DNA of 64,000 nt from Candidatus Parcubacteria bacterium (lineage in GTDB: Bacteria; Patescibacteriota; Minisyncoccia; Phycocordibacterales; JAKAEA01), in the NCBI GenBank assembly GCA_963806325.1, contig CAWDXL010000002.1:128802-192801 (forward strand), in the 5' to 3' direction. The translations under genes were made by a program, and so were the position numbers. Below, one piece after another: positions 61,442-64,000 of this stretch (the stretch's first letter is position 1; every line of letters starts with the position of its first letter). Under the pieces are notes generated by a model. That model saw only the letters and a list, made by a program, of their open reading frames with translations. It had not been told where the DNA came from and ran no database searches.

Positions 61442-62044
61442 TTATCGGCTGTAAAACTCAAGTACCTGGCCAATATCAAAGATGAGCTGTGTCTGATTAA
61501 GCTTCGGTGCACCCTGAACAGTAATGACTTTCTTTTCAAGGTCGTTGGCAAGCCATGATGGAGCTTGAGCGCCTTTAATTCTCTCTTCAATGTTTAAAAA
61601 GAGGGTCTTTTTTGTGCTTCCTTCGCGAATAGAAATTTTATCACCAACCTTAACTTGGTAGGAAGGAATAGTTACTCGGCGGCCATTTACCATAAGATGA
61701 CCGTGAGAGACCATCTGCCGAGCCGCTAAGCGTGTTGCTGCAAAACCAGCACGGAGTACGACATTGTCGAGACGAGTCTCGAGCATGTGGTACAAAAGAT
61801 CACGATTGGTACCCTTTTTTTCAAGAGCCTGCTTTACATACTTAGAAAACTGTCGCTCGGTAAGCGCATAGCTAAAACGAGCCTTCTGCTTTTCAAGCAT
61901 TTGAATGCCGAAATCTGTTTTTGGTCCACGGCTGTCACCCTTACCCTTGCGTGCTTGCGAGAGGGCAAACTTTTGGGTCTGAGTTTTTTCAAAAACTCCA
62001 GGGCCCAGACGACGAGCTATTTTATATTTTGGTCCAATAATCAT
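61442..62044 (-). CDS. rpsD: 30S ribosomal protein S4
   Basis: 'GPKYKIARRLG' and an S4 RNA-binding domain. Confidence 0.9.
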   Translation of the reverse strand: MIIGPKYKIARRLGPGVFEKTQTQKFALSQARKGKGDSRGPKTDFGIQMLEKQKARFSYALTERQFSKYVKQALEKKGTNRDLLYHMLETRLDNVVLRAGFAATRLAARQMVSHGHLMVNGRRVTIPSYQVKVGDKISIREGSTKKTLFLNIEERIKGAQAPSWLANDLEKKVITVQGAPKLNQTQLIFDIGQVLEFYSR

Positions 62045-62077
62045 AATCTTTATTAAATTTAAAACACATCCATAAGC

Positions 62078-62509
62078 CTAGACACGACGTGGTTTTGGCG
62101 GCTTTGGGCCATTGAATGGAACCGGTGTCATATCTTTAATCATTGAAATACCGATAGATTTTGAGATAAAACCTCGTACTGCCGATTCTCGTCCTGAACC
62201 AACGCCCTTGATGGTAACCGCAACTTCTTTCATCCCCATTGCCTGAGCTTTCGTACCGACAATTTCACCGACTTTGGCTGCAGCAAAGGGTGTACCTTTC
62301 TTGGCACCCTTAAATCCAAGGCTCCCGCTTGTCGACCAGGCAAGCGTGTTACCTTTTGGATCGGTTAATACGACTTTCGTATTATTGTAGGTTGACTGAA
62401 CATACAAATTACCTGCATCAAAGCGTTTCTTTGAGCTTGTCTGAGCTGGCTGAGCCTTTTCGGCCGTTCCTTCTGTTCCTCCCGTTTTAACAATGCGTTT
62501 TTTTCCCAT
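62078..62509 (-). CDS. rpsK: 30S ribosomal protein S11
   Basis: 'VQSTYNNTKVVLTD' and 'PFNGPKPPKPRRV'. The start is at MGKKRIV (ATG 62509), immediately after the rpsM stop. Confidence 0.85.
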   Translation of the reverse strand: MGKKRIVKTGGTEGTAEKAQPAQTSSKKRFDAGNLYVQSTYNNTKVVLTDPKGNTLAWSTSGSLGFKGAKKGTPFAAAKVGEIVGTKAQAMGMKEVAVTIKGVGSGRESAVRGFISKSIGISMIKDMTPVPFNGPKPPKPRRV

Positions 62510-62510
62510 T

Positions 62511-62893
62511 TTATGTTTTTTCAGCTTTCTTGCGACCGCTACCCATCGTCTTCTTGACACCCTTCAGTGTACGGGCATTAGTCTTTGTGCGTTGGCCTCG
62601 AGTTGGCAAACGCTTCATATGTCGGACTCCTCGATATGATTTGATATCCTTAAGTCTTTTAATGTTTGCTGCCACTTCGCGCTTAAGATCGCCTTCTATC
62701 TTGAATCCGCCGCGTTCAATAATGCTTCTGATTTTATTTTCTTCGTCAGGAGTGAGCTCGCCCGCTTTTTTACCAAATTCAACAGTCGCTTCTTTGAGAA
62801 TTGTATGTGCCCGAATCTGCCGATACCGAAAATTGCAGTAAGTGCAATTTCAATGCGTTTTTCATTAGGAAGTGTAATGCCGATGATTCTCAT
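62511..62893 (-). CDS. rpsM: 30S ribosomal protein S13, frame broken in a G3/G4 homopolymer (~62810-62818)
   Basis: The N-terminal ORF carries '[26 protein letters not shown]'. The other frame carries '...[34 protein letters not shown]...[11 protein letters not shown]'. Confidence 0.8.
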
Positions 62894-62917
62894 GGTTTCA
62901 GTATATATAATTTAAAT

Positions 62918-63034
62918 TTAGCCCTGTCGCTGCTTGTGGCGCGGATTAGCGTCACAGACAATGTATACATAGCCCTTGCGTCGGACTACTTTACATTTGG
63001 TGCACATTGTTTTAACTGATGATTTGACCTTCAT
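62918..63034 (-). CDS. rpmJ: 50S ribosomal protein L36
   Basis: [38 protein letters not shown]. Not in the ORF track because it is 38 aa. Confidence 0.85.
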   Translation of the reverse strand: MKVKSSVKTMCTKCKVVRRKGYVYIVCDANPRHKQRQG

Positions 63035-63055
63035 TATATTTTTGTCTTAAAAATT

Positions 63056-63277
63056 TTAGAGTCTTTTGATGATTCTGGCCTTACCTCCATACGGCTCAAG
63101 CTCCATAATAACCTTGTCGCCAATGAGAACCTTTATACGATTCATTCTCATTTTACCAGCAAGATAACAAAGCTGCTCTGTGCCGTCACTATCGAGCTTT
63201 ACACGAAACAAAGTATTCGGCAATGCCTCGGTGACAATGCCGGTAACTGTTTCAGCTGTAGTTTGGTTTTTATCCAT
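63056..63277 (-). CDS. infA: translation initiation factor IF-1
   Basis: '[20 protein letters not shown]...[16 protein letters not shown]'. The start is at MDKNQ. Confidence 0.85.
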   Translation of the reverse strand: MDKNQTTAETVTGIVTEALPNTLFRVKLDSDGTEQLCYLAGKMRMNRIKVLIGDKVIMELEPYGGKARIIKRL

Positions 63278-63341
63278 TCGTTTACCAAAAATCAAAACGT
63301 TCACCTATACTAGCAGATATAGGGGTATTCCGTCAAGTATA

Positions 63342-64000
63342 TTATTGAACAGTTGCCGGAGTCGTGACAATGATTGATATTTTGCCGGTATCTGCGGGGA
63401 ACGTACTGCGCCAAAATGGCTCAACTACAGCCTGAGCTTTTATAATACCCGGGTAATTTGAAAGGATGGCAACAAGACTCTTTCGTGGCATACCAGCAAG
63501 CTGTTGTTTGAGCGTATCTGCATCAACATGAGCTACAAGCGTAGTGGTTCCCTCTAGGGTAAATGTGATGGTACTGCTTGCGTCAGTAGCGACAGGTGCA
63601 GGAGTAAATACAAGGTTGTCTGGATACGGAATGGTTACGTCATTGCCAAGATCAGAGATACCAGCCTGTTGCATAATGCTCTGAACAAGCTGCGATTCAT
63701 TAAACATATATCCAAGCAAAGTTGCCTGCTCAGAAAGTACGATACTGGTTGAAGATGCGACAGAGGTCAAAGGATCATACTTAATAGTGTATGCATTAAG
63801 AGGCATAACAAAGCCACCGGGAACATCTTTTGCTGCTTCAGTAGATAGCGCTTTTGCCAGCTGATCCTGAATTTTCTGCTCGGCCGAAGCCTTAGCTAAT
63901 GAATCGATTGCGGGCTGTATGCCCGAAGATCCGCCATCAATTGATGTTTTGCTACGAGCATAGAATTTTGTATACTTTGCTTCTCCCTTGAAGCCGGGAA
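63342..64000 (-). CDS. hypothetical protein, 5' end beyond window
   Basis: The frame stays open upstream of the M at 63806 to the window edge. No recognisable motif. Confidence 0.35.
   Translation of the reverse strand, partial: PGFKGEAKYTKFYARSKTSIDGGSSGIQPAIDSLAKASAEQKIQDQLAKALSTEAAKDVPGGFVMPLNAYTIKYDPLTSVASSTSIVLSEQATLLGYMFNESQLVQSIMQQAGISDLGNDVTIPYPDNLVFTPAPVATDASSTITFTLEGTTTLVAHVDADTLKQQLAGMPRKSLVAILSNYPGIIKAQAVVEPFWRSTFPADTGKISIIVTTPATVQ

Overview
This 64 kb window is AT-rich (~40% GC), compact and mostly minus-strand, consistent with a small-genome bacterium (CPR/Patescibacteria-like). Reading 5'->3':

- **1-20 kb, cell-surface glycan locus.** Three paralogous secreted CBM + NodB polysaccharide deacetylases, two processive GT2 synthases carrying QxxRW, a GH26-like hydrolase, and a UDP-HexNAc-type dehydrogenase paired with a UXS-like decarboxylase.
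- **20-35 kb, housekeeping.** rarA, lexA with a Cheo-type SOS box, an M23 peptidase, murG-ftsW-mraY, a PBP5-like carboxypeptidase, scpAB, pyrC, an ABC exporter, aspS preceded by a T-box leader, and trpS.
- **35.6-48.2 kb, accessory island (the most interesting part).** The 23-bp palindrome TTGTTGTC-N7-GACAACAA sits with a -35/-10-like box at six promoters, all facing minus-strand genes. One unit holds a radical-SAM/SPASM maturase, a Cys/Asp-rich 43-aa peptide ORF that the ORF track missed, a gluzincin peptidase and a Zn-ribbon protein, which looks like a ranthipeptide/sactipeptide-type RiPP cluster. Another unit is a nitroreductase-methyltransferase-orphan histidine kinase operon divergent from a TrmB-family regulator.
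- **48-53 kb.** A ThiF/E1-like enzyme, a GC-rich M19 dipeptidase and a PaaK-like ligase.
- **53-64 kb.** hisS, the dnaJ-dnaK-grpE operon, and the ribosomal alpha operon (infA-rpmJ-rpsM-rpsK-rpsD-rpoA-rplQ, then rplM-rpsI).

Many essential genes (hisS, dnaK, rpsI, rpsM, the ABC exporter and others) are split by short indels. Most indels lie in homopolymers, so they look like assembly errors rather than decay.
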